Source: an uncultured Prevotellaceae bacterium
Lineage (GTDB): Bacteria > Bacteroidota > Bacteroidia > Bacteroidales > Bacteroidaceae
Reading direction: 5' to 3'
DNA length: 63,949 nucleotides
NCBI GenBank assembly: GCA_946185805.1
Contig: CAMHKU010000001.1
Span: 1-63,949, forward strand
Shown: piece by piece, positions 47,471 to 58,025 of the stretch
Layout of the letters: every line of letters begins with the position of its first letter
How positions within the stretch are numbered: the first letter of the stretch is position 1
Program-made: the position numbers and the translations under genes
Notes under the pieces: generated by a model
The model's input: the letters and a program-made list of their open reading frames with translations, nothing else
The model's database searches: none
What the model was told of the DNA's origin: nothing

Positions 47471-49639
47471 GTACCCGGGGTTCTGCCATGCCCGTTTCTG
47501 CTCATCGGTCAGGTTAGAGCCGTCCTCGTTCTGCAGGGCGTCGATGAAGCTCTGCGGAATGGGTCGCAGTTCATGCTTGTTGGCCGTGATGTTGGCACGT
47601 GCCTCGGGGTTGAACGCCTTGGCGCGGCTGATGAGCAGCCCTGCGCGCGAGAGCTCCTCCCAGCGGTTCCACTCGCCCAGCAGTTCGCGTGTGCGCTCGT
47701 TGAAGATGAAGTTCAGCATGCGGTCGTAGTCGCTGGTGGCGCCGATGGCCGTCAGAATGTCTTCATCCTCTTGCGGCAGCTGGCTGTAGCTGGCTATCTG
47801 CAGGCTCGATGCGTCGGTAGTCTCGGCAATGCCTGTGGAGAGGTAGTAGGTGTTCTTGTGCAGGTGCGATGCGTAGTAAGCCTCGCTCATGGTCAGGGTC
47901 TTGCCGCCGGCATCCTTACAGTTGGAGTTGTTGCCGGCAATGGAGTTGTCGGCCATGCCGCCGTCGGCCTTGAGGAACGCCATCGAGCCGTCGGTGTAGT
48001 ACGAGCGGTCTTCGCCTTTCTTCCACTGTCCGCGGGCGCGGAGGATGTTCACCGTCTGCAGGGCCTCCTGATACTTACCCTGTCGCACCTGAGCCTCGGC
48101 CTTGACGAGGTAGGTCTCGCCAGTGCGTGCCATGATGACGTCGCGGTGGGCGTCGCCCTTCTCTGCCGTTCGGCTGCCGTCGGCGGTCTTGTTGATGCCG
48201 CAGAAGACGTTCGACGTGGCCGTGTTGCCGCTGACGCCGTAGTTGTAGAGCACGTACTGGCCGTTCATGAAGTTGACAAAGGCGTTGGGCACCCACTTGC
48301 CCGTTTCGGGGTTGATGAATGTGTGGGCCTGTCCGCCGCGTCCGAAGGTGCCGTAAGGCTCGCCGTCGAATCGGTGGTCGCTCTTCTTGTTGAGGATGAA
48401 GATGGCTCCCTGGTCGCCGATGGCGGGACACTGTGCGTCGGTCAGTCCGTAGGTCGACTTCATACCCTTCGTCACGTTGCCGTCCTTGTCAACGGTGTCG
48501 TCGGCCTTCATCTGCTGGTTGTTCAGGCCGTAGACGGTCTTGAAGGTCTTCCACATACGTGCGTCGTTCACGTTGTCGAAAGCCGAGTAGGTGTACTCCG
48601 TAGGTCGGCAGCGCTGGAAGTCCATCTCGCCGATGTAGGCGCCGCGCTTGATCCATCCGCCGGAGAAGTTAGAGAACTGCGGCGAGAAGTAGTTATATGT
48701 GCGGTTGCCGAAGCGTCCCTGTGTGGTGGCGTCGGCATTGTGCTCGGCGGCCATGAGAATCTCCGACAGATTCTCGTTGGGGCAGTTCACACCCGTCCAG
48801 TTGGCAAAGAGGTCGGCATAGTCGGCTGCCAGGGGGCAGGCGGCGATGACCTCGTCGCAGAGTGCGATGACGCGGTTCAGGTCGGCGTTCTTGTCGTAGG
48901 CGCTGTTCCACGAGCTGCAGCGCTCGCTTTGTCTGAACAGCAGGGCCTTGGCCAGGAAGTGTGCGGCGGTGTACTTCGTCCACGTGCCGTTGCCGCGCCA
49001 TTTCGATGTAGGCAGCAGGTTGTAGGCCTGCTCCAGGTCGGCGATGACCTGGCTGAGGGTTTCGTCCTCGCTGGCGCGTGTGTAGCTCTTCTTCACGTCG
49101 CCGTTGGCTGGCTCGGTCTGTATGACCACGCCGCCGTACTGCGCAAACAGTCGGTAGTAGTTGTAGCCTCGCAGGAAGTAGGCCTCGCCCAGAGCCTTGT
49201 TGCGGCTGTCCTCATCGCTCACCTGTGCGGCTTTGGCTATGACGAGGTTGGCCGTCGAGATGCCGTAGTACATCTGGTTCCAGAGTCCGGAGACCGGCGG
49301 ACAGTTGTTGTTGGCCGCGCCGAGGGCCGTGGTGCAGTCAAGGGGCTGCAGGCGGTTGTCGTAGGTGTTCCACGGCTCGGCGGTCAGATCGGCGCCGTTG
49401 GTAAACTCGTCGCATCCGTAGAGGGTGATGCCGTAGGCCCACTCGTAGCCGAAGTGCCAGCGTATGTTACCATAGAGCCCGGCGGCCATGGCCAGTGCGC
49501 CGTCTCCCGTTTCCAGCAGTGCGTCGGTATAGAGGTGGCCGGCATCCTCCTTGAGGAAGTCGCTGCTGCAGGCGTTCATGCCTATCAGCGTTGCCGCTGA
49601 CAATGCACCGCAAACTATTTTATTGCTGATATATCTCAT
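47468..49639 (-). CDS. SusD/RagB family lipoprotein
   Basis: Lipobox MNAC, GEAYFLRGYNY, ETYLVKAEA, NERTRELLGEWNRW, RPIP..QNPGY. Confidence 0.94.
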   Translation of the reverse strand: MRYISNKIVCGALSAATLIGMNACSSDFLKEDAGHLYTDALLETGDGALAMAAGLYGNIRWHFGYEWAYGITLYGCDEFTNGADLTAEPWNTYDNRLQPLDCTTALGAANNNCPPVSGLWNQMYYGISTANLVIAKAAQVSDEDSRNKALGEAYFLRGYNYYRLFAQYGGVVIQTEPANGDVKKSYTRASEDETLSQVIADLEQAYNLLPTSKWRGNGTWTKYTAAHFLAKALLFRQSERCSSWNSAYDKNADLNRVIALCDEVIAACPLAADYADLFANWTGVNCPNENLSEILMAAEHNADATTQGRFGNRTYNYFSPQFSNFSGGWIKRGAYIGEMDFQRCRPTEYTYSAFDNVNDARMWKTFKTVYGLNNQQMKADDTVDKDGNVTKGMKSTYGLTDAQCPAIGDQGAIFILNKKSDHRFDGEPYGTFGRGGQAHTFINPETGKWVPNAFVNFMNGQYVLYNYGVSGNTATSNVFCGINKTADGSRTAEKGDAHRDVIMARTGETYLVKAEAQVRQGKYQEALQTVNILRARGQWKKGEDRSYYTDGSMAFLKADGGMADNSIAGNNSNCKDAGGKTLTMSEAYYASHLHKNTYYLSTGIAETTDASSLQIASYSQLPQEDEDILTAIGATSDYDRMLNFIFNERTRELLGEWNRWEELSRAGLLISRAKAFNPEARANITANKHELRPIPQSFIDALQNEDGSNLTDEQKRAWQNPGY

Positions 49640-49641
49640 GT

Positions 49642-49755
49642 TATTTACGATTTGACAATTTTCTATTTACTATTTATTTACTATTTAGCCATTTAGCTAT
49701 TTCAGCGGTAGCAAATTCTTCACTCTTCATTTAGCATTTATCATTTAGCGAAGCG
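49642..49755. repeat. Diverged third copy of composite spacer cassette (susC-susD spacer)
   Basis: TATTTAC/ATTTAGC heptamers, GCGGTAGCAAATT core, TTCACTC. Confidence 0.75.
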
Positions 49756-49756
49756 C

Positions 49757-52700
49757 TCAGAAGTCCACCTGCAGTCCCACGGTGAATCCGCGGTTGTAGT
49801 AGGTCCATCCGGTGTCGAGGTCCATGAAGTCTACCGAAGAGTAGAGCATGCCCAGGTTCTTGCCCTGTATGTAGACCTTGACGTTGCTCAGGCCGATTTT
49901 CTTGATGAGCGCCTGGTCGAAGGTGTAGCCTAGCGAGAGGTTGCGCACCTTGATGAACGACGCATCCTTGAATCCCAGCAGGCTCGAATAGGAGTCGCCG
50001 CCGGCGGTGCTGTAGACGGGTTTCTGCCACTCGGCGCCGGTGTTGTCGGGGCGCCAGTAGTCAATCTCGCGCTGCTGGTACATACCCAGCTGGCCCTCGC
50101 CGCCGGTAGCAATCATGTACTTGAAGCGTCCCTGCAGCTCGATGCTGAGCTCGATGCCTTTCCACGAGAAGGTGTTGGTCCATCCGGCCGTCAGTCGCGG
50201 GTTCTTGTTGCCCAGGATTACACGGTCCTTGTCGGTAATCTTGTAGTCGCCGTCCTGATCGACGGGGCGCACGCTGCCGGCGGTGAACTTATGGCCGTTC
50301 TCATTAAACTTAGCCATCTCCTCGGCGTCGCTCTCCTGCCAGATGCCGTTGGCCTCGTAGCCATAGTGCACGGCTATCGACTCGCCTATGAACCAGGCGT
50401 TGTTGATGTCGTCTTCCTTACCGTTGGAGAGTTCCTCAATCTTGTCCTTCTGCCAGGCGAAGTTCAGGTTCGACTGCCACATGAAGTCCTTCAGCATCAC
50501 AGGTATGGTGTTCAGCGTCACCTCGATACCCTTGTTGCTGGTTTTACCCACGTTGGCCATCATCGAGGGGTAACCCGTCAGCGAGGGTATGGTCATGGCC
50601 ATGAGCAGGTCCTTGGTGGTAGAGGTGTACAGGTCGATGGTACCGCCGATGCGGCCCTTGAGGAAGCTGAAGTCTACGCCGATGTTCCACTGCGTGGTCT
50701 TCTCCCACGAGAGGTTCTTGTTAGGCATGCGGTTAGAGCTGTTGCTGTAGTAAGGCTCGTTGGTGACCAGTATCTGGCTGTTGCCCGTGCTGAAGGGCAT
50801 CCAGTAGGAGGCGATGACGCCCAGGGTACCGTAAGGGTCGACGGCCGAGTTGCCCGTCACGCCGACGCCGAAGCGCACCTTCAGCTGGTCGATCCAGGTG
50901 ACGCTCTTCATGAAGTTTTCCTGCTCCATGCGCCATCCTAAGGCCATCGATGGGAAGAAGTCCCACTTGTTGCCCTCGGCCAGTACCGACGAGCCGTCCC
51001 ATCTGGCCGATGCCGTCAGCAGATAGCGCTCGCGGAACGAGTAGTTGATGCGTGCCATGTACGAGCTCAGGGCGTACTCCCTCAGTTCGGTGCCCATCGA
51101 GGCTTTGTAGGCCGACTCGGTGATGTCGATGGCGCCCATGTTGTTCCACAGGAACGAGCTCATGGGATACTTCTCGCCATGCATGTTGCTGGTTTCGCGG
51201 TTGCTCTTCGATGCCGACTGCAGCAGCGTCAGTCCGAAGGTGTGGTCCTTGATGGTGCGGTTGTAAAGCAGCATGTTGTCCAGCGTCCATGCAAAGTTGC
51301 GGGTGTCGTTGCGCGTGGCGTAGTTGTTGCCGCCGCCGCGGGCTGCCGAGCTGCTGTCGATGAAGATGCCCTGGCGGTAGAAGCGGAAGTCGGGGCCAAA
51401 CTGTGTCTTCCACTGCAGACCCTGCAGCGGCTCCCAGATCTTGCCGAAGTCAAGCTGTGCGTAGAAGCTGCCTAAGACGCGGTAGGTTTCGCGGTTGTTG
51501 GTCGACTTTGTCCACTCGTCAATGACGGTGTACGTGTTGGTAGTCGAGCCGCCGGGCATGAGTATGATGGCGCCATTGTCGTCGTAGGGCAGTGTATAGC
51601 GCAGGATGCTCTTCGCGGCGCCGTAGATGTCGGTAGGTCCGGAGTTTGACGACTGACCGGTGCGGTCGAAACCGTATTCCCACTTCGAGTAGGAGGCGTT
51701 GAGCGAGCCGCCGGCCTTGAACCACGGCGTGGCCTGGATGTCGGCAGCGGCCGAGAAGTTGTAGCGTGTAAACTGCTGACCCTTCTGCGTACCTTTATTA
51801 TCAAAGTATCCGAAGGAGACGTTGCCGCTGGCATTCTTGCTGCCGCCGCGGGCGCTGAGGGTGTGCTCCTGAGTGACGCCGGTGCGGGTGACCATGTCGG
51901 TCCAGTCGGTGTCGGTCACCTTGGAGGGGTCCCAGGTGCCGCTCTCCCAACCCTTGGCAATGTTGTTCCACGCCACCTCGTCGCCCGAGAAGAACGACTT
52001 GTCCTGCTCCATCGTAGGCTGGTCGCCGGGGGTGTACTTGTCGGGGGCGGAGTTATAGTACGCCCAGCGGCGCCACGTGATATAGTCGCTGGCGCTGAAG
52101 GCCGGACTCTTGTCGACAATCTTCTGGAAGGTCATCGAGCCCGAGTAGCTCAGCTGCGTCTTGCCCTCCTGGCCGCGCTTGGTGGTGATGAGCACCACGC
52201 CGTTGGCGCCGCGGCTACCGTAGATGGCCGTCGAGGAGGCATCCTTCAGAATGTCGATCGACTCGATGTCGCGAGGGTTCAGGGCCTCGATGCCGCCACT
52301 CTGCAGGGGCACGCCGTCGACCACATAGAGCGGCTCGCTCGATGCGTTGAGCGAGCGCGTACCGCGAATCATGATGCTGCCGATGGTGCCGGGGCGCTCG
52401 CTCGAGGTGATGTCTACACCGGCAGCCTTGCCCTGAAGGGCTTCAAAGGCGTTGCTGACGGGCTTGGAGTTGAGCTCCTTCTCGCCTACGCGCGTCAGGG
52501 CGCCGGTGACGTCGCTCTTGCGCTGCACGCCGTAGCCTACCACCACCACCTCGTCCAGCAGTTGCTTGTCTTCCTCCAAGGTGACGCTAACCTGGCTCTT
52601 GCCGCCAACGGCCACGTTCTGAGTGCGGTAGCCAACGTAGGAGATGGCCAGCGTGGCGTTCTGGGGCACGCGCTGCAGGGTGAACTTTCCGTTGAAGTCG

Positions 52701-52885
52701 GTCACCGTGCCGGTGGTCGTTCCCTTTACTAAGACGCTGGCGCCGATAATGGCCTCGCCCTGTGCGTCTGTCACTGTTCCGCTCACACTGCCCTGGGCCA
52801 TGGACGCCGTAGACCATACAGCGAACAGAGCCAGCAGGAGGAGACGGAAGCAATGTTTTAGGTTAGATTTTCTGTTTCCTTCCAT
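49757..52885 (-). CDS. SusC/RagA TonB-dependent transporter
   Basis: LDEVVVVGYG, PLYVVDG, ILKDASSTAIYGSRGANGVVLITTK, LSWEKT, terminal F. Confidence 0.96.
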   Translation of the reverse strand: MEGNRKSNLKHCFRLLLLALFAVWSTASMAQGSVSGTVTDAQGEAIIGASVLVKGTTTGTVTDFNGKFTLQRVPQNATLAISYVGYRTQNVAVGGKSQVSVTLEEDKQLLDEVVVVGYGVQRKSDVTGALTRVGEKELNSKPVSNAFEALQGKAAGVDITSSERPGTIGSIMIRGTRSLNASSEPLYVVDGVPLQSGGIEALNPRDIESIDILKDASSTAIYGSRGANGVVLITTKRGQEGKTQLSYSGSMTFQKIVDKSPAFSASDYITWRRWAYYNSAPDKYTPGDQPTMEQDKSFFSGDEVAWNNIAKGWESGTWDPSKVTDTDWTDMVTRTGVTQEHTLSARGGSKNASGNVSFGYFDNKGTQKGQQFTRYNFSAAADIQATPWFKAGGSLNASYSKWEYGFDRTGQSSNSGPTDIYGAAKSILRYTLPYDDNGAIILMPGGSTTNTYTVIDEWTKSTNNRETYRVLGSFYAQLDFGKIWEPLQGLQWKTQFGPDFRFYRQGIFIDSSSAARGGGNNYATRNDTRNFAWTLDNMLLYNRTIKDHTFGLTLLQSASKSNRETSNMHGEKYPMSSFLWNNMGAIDITESAYKASMGTELREYALSSYMARINYSFRERYLLTASARWDGSSVLAEGNKWDFFPSMALGWRMEQENFMKSVTWIDQLKVRFGVGVTGNSAVDPYGTLGVIASYWMPFSTGNSQILVTNEPYYSNSSNRMPNKNLSWEKTTQWNIGVDFSFLKGRIGGTIDLYTSTTKDLLMAMTIPSLTGYPSMMANVGKTSNKGIEVTLNTIPVMLKDFMWQSNLNFAWQKDKIEELSNGKEDDINNAWFIGESIAVHYGYEANGIWQESDAEEMAKFNENGHKFTAGSVRPVDQDGDYKITDKDRVILGNKNPRLTAGWTNTFSWKGIELSIELQGRFKYMIATGGEGQLGMYQQREIDYWRPDNTGAEWQKPVYSTAGGDSYSSLLGFKDASFIKVRNLSLGYTFDQALIKKIGLSNVKVYIQGKNLGMLYSSVDFMDLDTGWTYYNRGFTVGLQVDF

Positions 52886-52972
52886 GTTGATTTGTTTTTA
52901 AAAGGTTTGTAGTTTTTTATTGTTAATTAAGTGTAGGCTTTAGTCTGTGGAATAACAGCATGGATTCCGATG

Positions 52973-53040
52973 CAAAGGTAAGGAAGTTTCCTTAAACGGC
53001 GGGGGCATTTTTTAGTCGAAAATCGTACATTTTTTCGTCA
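52973..53040 (-). promoter_or_regulatory. susC promoter with upstream direct repeat (candidate HTCS site)
   Basis: -7 TACCTTTG; YGACKAAAAAATG twice at 22-bp period (53006-53018, 53028-53040). Confidence 0.6.
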
Positions 53041-53074
53041 ACAGGTGTTTGATTTTAGTTTTTTTGTTTTTCAG

Positions 53075-53475
53075 TTTTTATTTTAGTTGCTATCCGTCAT
53101 CCGTCAGCTTTCTTTATAATATGCTTGTTTTCAGTATGTTATAGGCTGACGGATGACTGGACGGCTGACGGATGTTTTTCGGTCAAAGGCCGTGTGTATA
53201 ACTTGTTTTAACAGGGTTGTCTCGTGGACTAAGTCTGTTAAAAAATGTTTTACAATATCTGAATTTTTCAAAACGACCGCTGAATTTTTCAAAACGGCCG
53301 CTGATTTTCCAAAAACGGCCGCTGATTTTCCAAAAACGGGCGCCGTTTTTGGAAAAATATACATTTACGCGCTTTCATCCGTCAGCCATCAGGCTATCCG
53401 TCAGCCTGTAACCGCTTGTGTATGCGTGTGTTGCAAGGAATGCTGACGGATGACGGATAGCAACTAAAATAAAAA
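53075..53475. mobile_element. 401-bp MITE-like element with 34-bp perfect terminal inverted repeats
   Basis: TTTTTATTTTAGTTGCTATCCGTCATCCGTCAGC (53075-53108) and exact reverse complement (53442-53475); internal 21-bp x4 repeat at 53259-53342. Confidence 0.6.
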
Positions 53476-53553
53476 TTGATTCACTCTATGCCTGATGTGA
53501 CAGCGTGGCAACTCTTTGTCTGCCAGCTAAGAGTGGCGTGCACGTTAATCAAT

Positions 53554-53693
53554 TCCCCTCCCCTGGCAGGGGAGGGACAGGGGTGGGGTGTCAAGCAATG
53601 TCCCAACCGCTTTATAAAAATATGTTGTGACAGTATTATTCTCCTCTATACCTACCCCTCCTCCCTTTTACCTTTGCATCAAGAGGAGGGGAG
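53554..53693. repeat. REP-like palindrome pair
   Basis: CCCTCCCCTG-G-CAGGGGAGGG..GGGGTGGGG and CCTACCCCTCCTC...GAGGAGGGG. Confidence 0.55.
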
Positions 53694-53734
53694 TCAGTTG
53701 CCTGGCAAGCCATTCTTCTCGGTGGTATTGTTAA

Positions 53735-53783
53735 TATCCGCAACCCGCCGACAGCGCTCTATGCTGTCGGCGGGTTGCGGATA
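53735..53783. repeat. Perfect 21-bp-stem hairpin
   Basis: TATCCGCAACCCGCCGACAGC-gctctat-GCTGTCGGCGGGTTGCGGATA. Confidence 0.85.
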
Positions 53784-53919
53784 ATCATTAAATTTAACCA
53801 TCCTGACGCCGAAATTAAATTTTTTAACTTAATAAGCTGCTATTTCTTGGGGGCAATGTTTGGGAGTCTCGGTTTTTTGTAGTACTTTTGCCATCGTAAT
53901 ATCAAACCACATAATAATT

Positions 53920-55569
53920 ATGGCAAATCCCGTAGCATTTAAGTACGCCCCGATGTTTCAGATGGGCGAAGACAAGACTGAGTACAGACTATTAAGCAAG
54001 GACGGCGTGACGACGTCGGAGTTTGAAGGCAAGCAGATAGTAAAGGTGTCGCCGGAGGCGCTGACGCTGCTGGCCCAGCAAGCCTTTCACGACGTGGAGT
54101 TTATGCTGCGCCGCGAGCACAACCTGCAGGTGGCAGCCATCCTCAGCGACCCCGAGGCCTCTGAGAACGACAAGTACGTGGCGCTGCAGTTCCTGCGCAA
54201 TGCTGAGGTGGCCGCCCGCGGCATACTGCCCTTCTGTCAGGACACCGGCACGGCCATCGTCCACGGCGAGAAGGGTCAGCAGGTGTGGACGGGGTTTGAG
54301 GACGAGGAGGCCCTGAGCCGCGGTGTGTTCAACACCTTTACCCAGGACAACCTGCGCTACTCGCAGAACGCCCCGCTGACGATGTACGACGAGGTGAACA
54401 CGCGCTGCAACCTGCCCGCGCAGATTGACATCGAGGCCACCGAGGGCGCCGAATACCGCTTCGTGTTCGTGGCCAAGGGTGGCGGCAGTGCCAACAAGAC
54501 ATACTTCTACCCCATGACGAAGGCCACTATCCAGAACGAGGGTACGCTGATACCCTTCCTCGTAGAGAAGATGAAGAGCCTGGGCACGGCCGCCTGCCCG
54601 CCCTACCACATCGCGTTCGTCATCGGCGGCACCTCGGCCGAGAAGAACCTGCTCACGGTGAAGCTCGCCTCTATCAAATACTACGACTCGCTGCCCACCA
54701 CCGGCGACGAGACGGGACGCGCATTCCGCGACATCGACCTGGAGCAGAAACTGCTGGACGAGGCCCACAAGATAGGACTGGGCGCGCAGTTCGGCGGCAA
54801 ATACCTGGCTCACGACATACGCGTCATACGCTTGCCGCGCCACGGCGCCTCGTGCCCCATAGGCATGGGCGTGAGCTGCTCGGCCGACCGTAATATCAAG
54901 GCCAAGATCAATGCCGACGGCATCTGGCTGGAGAAGATGGACGCGAACCCCTCAGAACTCATTCCCGCCGAATACGCCAAGGCCGGCGAGGGACAGAACA
55001 CCATCACCATCGACCTGAACGAGGGCATCGACGCCGTGAGGAAGGAGTTGTCGAAGTATCCCGTCTCTACGCGCGTCAACCTGAAGGGCACCATCATCGT
55101 GGCCCGCGACATTGCCCACGCCAAGCTGAAGGCACGCATCGACGCCGGCGAGGCCATGCCCGAATACTTCAAGAAATACCCCGTGCTCTATGCCGGCCCG
55201 GCCAAGACCCCCGAGGGCTATCCCTGCGGCTCGATGGGCCCGACGACGGCCAATCGCATGGACCCCTATGTAGACGAGTTCCAGTCGTTGGGCGCTAGCC
55301 TGGTGATGATTGCTAAGGGCAACCGAAGCCAGGTGGTGACCGACGCCTGCCAGAAACACGGCGGATTCTACTTGGGAAGCATCGGCGGCGTGGCAGCAGT
55401 GCTCTCGCAGTCGAGCATCAAGTCGATAGAGTGCGTGGAGTATCCTGAACTGGGCATGGAGGCCATCTGGAAGATCGACGTGGAGGACTTCCCTGCATTT
55501 ATCCTCGTCGACGACAAGGGTAACGACTTCTTCAAGACGCTCAAACCATGGACGCCATGTGCAAAATAA
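53920..55569 (+). CDS. Class I fumarate hydratase
   Basis: [40 protein letters not shown]; promoter TTTG..TACTTTTG at 53859-53890. Confidence 0.94.
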   Translation: MANPVAFKYAPMFQMGEDKTEYRLLSKDGVTTSEFEGKQIVKVSPEALTLLAQQAFHDVEFMLRREHNLQVAAILSDPEASENDKYVALQFLRNAEVAARGILPFCQDTGTAIVHGEKGQQVWTGFEDEEALSRGVFNTFTQDNLRYSQNAPLTMYDEVNTRCNLPAQIDIEATEGAEYRFVFVAKGGGSANKTYFYPMTKATIQNEGTLIPFLVEKMKSLGTAACPPYHIAFVIGGTSAEKNLLTVKLASIKYYDSLPTTGDETGRAFRDIDLEQKLLDEAHKIGLGAQFGGKYLAHDIRVIRLPRHGASCPIGMGVSCSADRNIKAKINADGIWLEKMDANPSELIPAEYAKAGEGQNTITIDLNEGIDAVRKELSKYPVSTRVNLKGTIIVARDIAHAKLKARIDAGEAMPEYFKKYPVLYAGPAKTPEGYPCGSMGPTTANRMDPYVDEFQSLGASLVMIAKGNRSQVVTDACQKHGGFYLGSIGGVAAVLSQSSIKSIECVEYPELGMEAIWKIDVEDFPAFILVDDKGNDFFKTLKPWTPCAK

Positions 55570-57128
55570 CGCAAAAACTATGTCTGCTGACACTACTGGC
55601 CATACCCTCAGCCCTGCATGCACAAGGCTGGGGGGTGGTGCGTGGTGGGTGTACACCAGGCTTAGCTAACAGTGACACCATAAATACTACGCGCGCCGCC
55701 TACGCGCAGAAAAGGCTCAAAACGCCGACAACCCGATGGGACTCCAGGCGGGTATATAAACAACTGGTAGTGCTGGTAGCTTACAGCGATACAGACTTCA
55801 GCCGCGAAGACCCTCAAGGCGACTACAATAAGATATTCAACGAGGCAGGCTACAACGAGGGCCTGGGGGCGGGCTGCGTGGCCGATTACTTCAGAGAGCA
55901 GTCGGCAGGACTGTTTAACGTGGAGTTCGACGTATTCGGACCCTACAAGACAACTACGAAGGCACAGCCCTATACCAGCCCAACCAGCAACACCAAGAAC
56001 TATGGCACGACGGCCATCAAGCAAGCCACCGACTCGCTGATAGCCAATCATCCCGAACTGAACTACAAGCAGTATGACTGGGACGGCAACGGATATGTTG
56101 ATCAGGTGATATATGTTGTAGCAGGATATACCGGCAACCAAGGCAGCAAGAAGAGTTACGGCTATCTGTGGCCCAACACTGGCACCATCAGTACTGTGAA
56201 ATGTCCTGACGGCACAAAAATCTCCGACTACACTGCCAGTGCCGAGCTGTGGCTTGGAAACACGTCGTGCGGCATAGGAACCATTTGCCACGAATACTCC
56301 CACACGTTGGGACTGCCCGACATCTACCCCACCACATCGTCGAAATACTACTCCATCTGCGACGAGTGGGACCTCATGGATGGAGGCAATTTTACCAACA
56401 AGGGATGGTGCCCGCCAAACTATACGGCTCAGGAGAAAATCTACATGGGATGGCTCACGCCGATAGAACTGACCGACACTACCACTATCACGGGCATGAA
56501 GGCTGTTTCGGAGGGCGGCGAGACCTATATTATCAGACATACTGACAGCGAATACTTTCTCTTAGAGAACCGGCAGTGGACAGGATGGGACGCCTGCTCG
56601 CCGGGCAGGGGGCTTGTCATCACTCACGTCGACTTCGATGGGTCGGTGTGGAGAGGCAATTCTGTGAACATCAACGAGAAGCACCTTAGATATGATCTCG
56701 TGCATGCTGACAACCTTGACTATGAGCAGTGGCATGACGTGATAACAGAGCGTAAATGGGATGCGTGGACAGACATGGACATTGCCATGCACAGCCACTA
56801 CCTGGCCACCTCGCCCTACCCATGGCAGACAGACTCGACAACCTTTGTCAATCGTGAATTCACTGACACGTCGACACCGGCGGCAGTGACATTTTATAAA
56901 AATGCCGACGGGGAACGACTGCTGTCAAAATCCATCAGCAACATCAGCATGACGCCCGACGGACTCATCTCGTTTGACTTCCTTGGAAACGTGCTCGCAG
57001 CCATCACTGAGATAAAAACTCCCCGCTATGGGAACAGCGAAAGCATTTACGACCTTCAAGGACGCCGGGTGGAGAATCCACGACGGGGAATATACATCAG
57101 AAATGGCAAGAAACTGATGATAAGGTGA
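55548..57128 (+). CDS. M6 (immune inhibitor A-like) metalloprotease with T9SS-type tail
   Basis: [51 protein letters not shown]; start may be 55557. Confidence 0.88.
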   Translation: MDAMCKITQKLCLLTLLAIPSALHAQGWGVVRGGCTPGLANSDTINTTRAAYAQKRLKTPTTRWDSRRVYKQLVVLVAYSDTDFSREDPQGDYNKIFNEAGYNEGLGAGCVADYFREQSAGLFNVEFDVFGPYKTTTKAQPYTSPTSNTKNYGTTAIKQATDSLIANHPELNYKQYDWDGNGYVDQVIYVVAGYTGNQGSKKSYGYLWPNTGTISTVKCPDGTKISDYTASAELWLGNTSCGIGTICHEYSHTLGLPDIYPTTSSKYYSICDEWDLMDGGNFTNKGWCPPNYTAQEKIYMGWLTPIELTDTTTITGMKAVSEGGETYIIRHTDSEYFLLENRQWTGWDACSPGRGLVITHVDFDGSVWRGNSVNINEKHLRYDLVHADNLDYEQWHDVITERKWDAWTDMDIAMHSHYLATSPYPWQTDSTTFVNREFTDTSTPAAVTFYKNADGERLLSKSISNISMTPDGLISFDFLGNVLAAITEIKTPRYGNSESIYDLQGRRVENPRRGIYIRNGKKLMIR

Positions 57129-57189
57129 CAAAAGACGTAACACAGACAAAAAGAAAATAACAAAACTAACAAAGAAAAAAGGAAAATTT

Positions 57190-57984
57190 ATGAGAGTAAT
57201 TATCGAACCGAATTATGACTTAATGTCACAGTGGGCAGCCAACCATGTTGTAGAACGTATTAACGCCGCCAAGTCAACGGCCGAGAAGCCGTTTGTGCTG
57301 GGACTGCCCACAGGGTCGTCGCCAATAGGCATGTACCGCGCACTGGTGAAAGCCTATCAGGAGGGCAAGGTGTCGTTCAAGAATGTCGTCACCTTCAATA
57401 TGGACGAGTATGTTGGCCTGCCCGTGGAGCATCCTGAGAGCTACCACTCGTTTATGTTTACCAACCTGTTCAACCACATCGACTGCCCCAAGGAGAATAT
57501 CCACATCCTCAATGGCAACGCTGAGGACCTGGCAGCAGAGTGCGAGGCTTACGAGCGCGAGATTGAGAAGTTTGGCGGTATCGACCTGTTCCTTGGCGGC
57601 ATAGGCCCCGACGGACATATCGCCTTCAACGAGCCGGGCTCGTCGCTGGGCAGCCGTACACGCCAGAAGACCCTGACCACCGACACGATTATTGCCAACA
57701 GCCGATTCTTTGACAATGATATCAACAAGGTGCCCAAGACGGCGCTCACCGTAGGCGTAGCTACCGTGATGGCCGCCCGCGAGGTGATGATACTGGTCAA
57801 CGGTCACGCTAAGTGCCGCGCACTGCAGGCTGCCGTCGAGGGTAGCGTCAACCACATGTGGACCATCTCGGCACTGCAGATGCACCAACACGGCATCATC
57901 GTGTGCGACGACGCTGCCTGCGACGAACTGAAGGTGGGCACATACCGCTACTTTAAGGATATTGAGCGCCAGAACCTGCTCTAA
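57190..57984 (+). CDS. nagB: Glucosamine-6-phosphate deaminase
   Basis: [36 protein letters not shown]. Confidence 0.95.
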   Translation: MRVIIEPNYDLMSQWAANHVVERINAAKSTAEKPFVLGLPTGSSPIGMYRALVKAYQEGKVSFKNVVTFNMDEYVGLPVEHPESYHSFMFTNLFNHIDCPKENIHILNGNAEDLAAECEAYEREIEKFGGIDLFLGGIGPDGHIAFNEPGSSLGSRTRQKTLTTDTIIANSRFFDNDINKVPKTALTVGVATVMAAREVMILVNGHAKCRALQAAVEGSVNHMWTISALQMHQHGIIVCDDAACDELKVGTYRYFKDIERQNLL

Positions 57985-58025
57985 GCTAATATACTGCATA
58001 CTGCAAAAGAACAAATACAACCATA

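Noticed and set aside
47465-49600. 711-aa plus-strand ORF antisense to susD, and many similar 200-350 aa antisense ORFs
   Set aside because: Shadow frames caused by strong GC3 codon bias; no recognisable motifs, and the opposite strand has a clear family gene
53259-53342. 21-bp repeats as CRISPR or iterons, and the short ORFs across them
   Set aside because: No spacers and no rep gene; ORFs are just translations of the repeat inside the IR element
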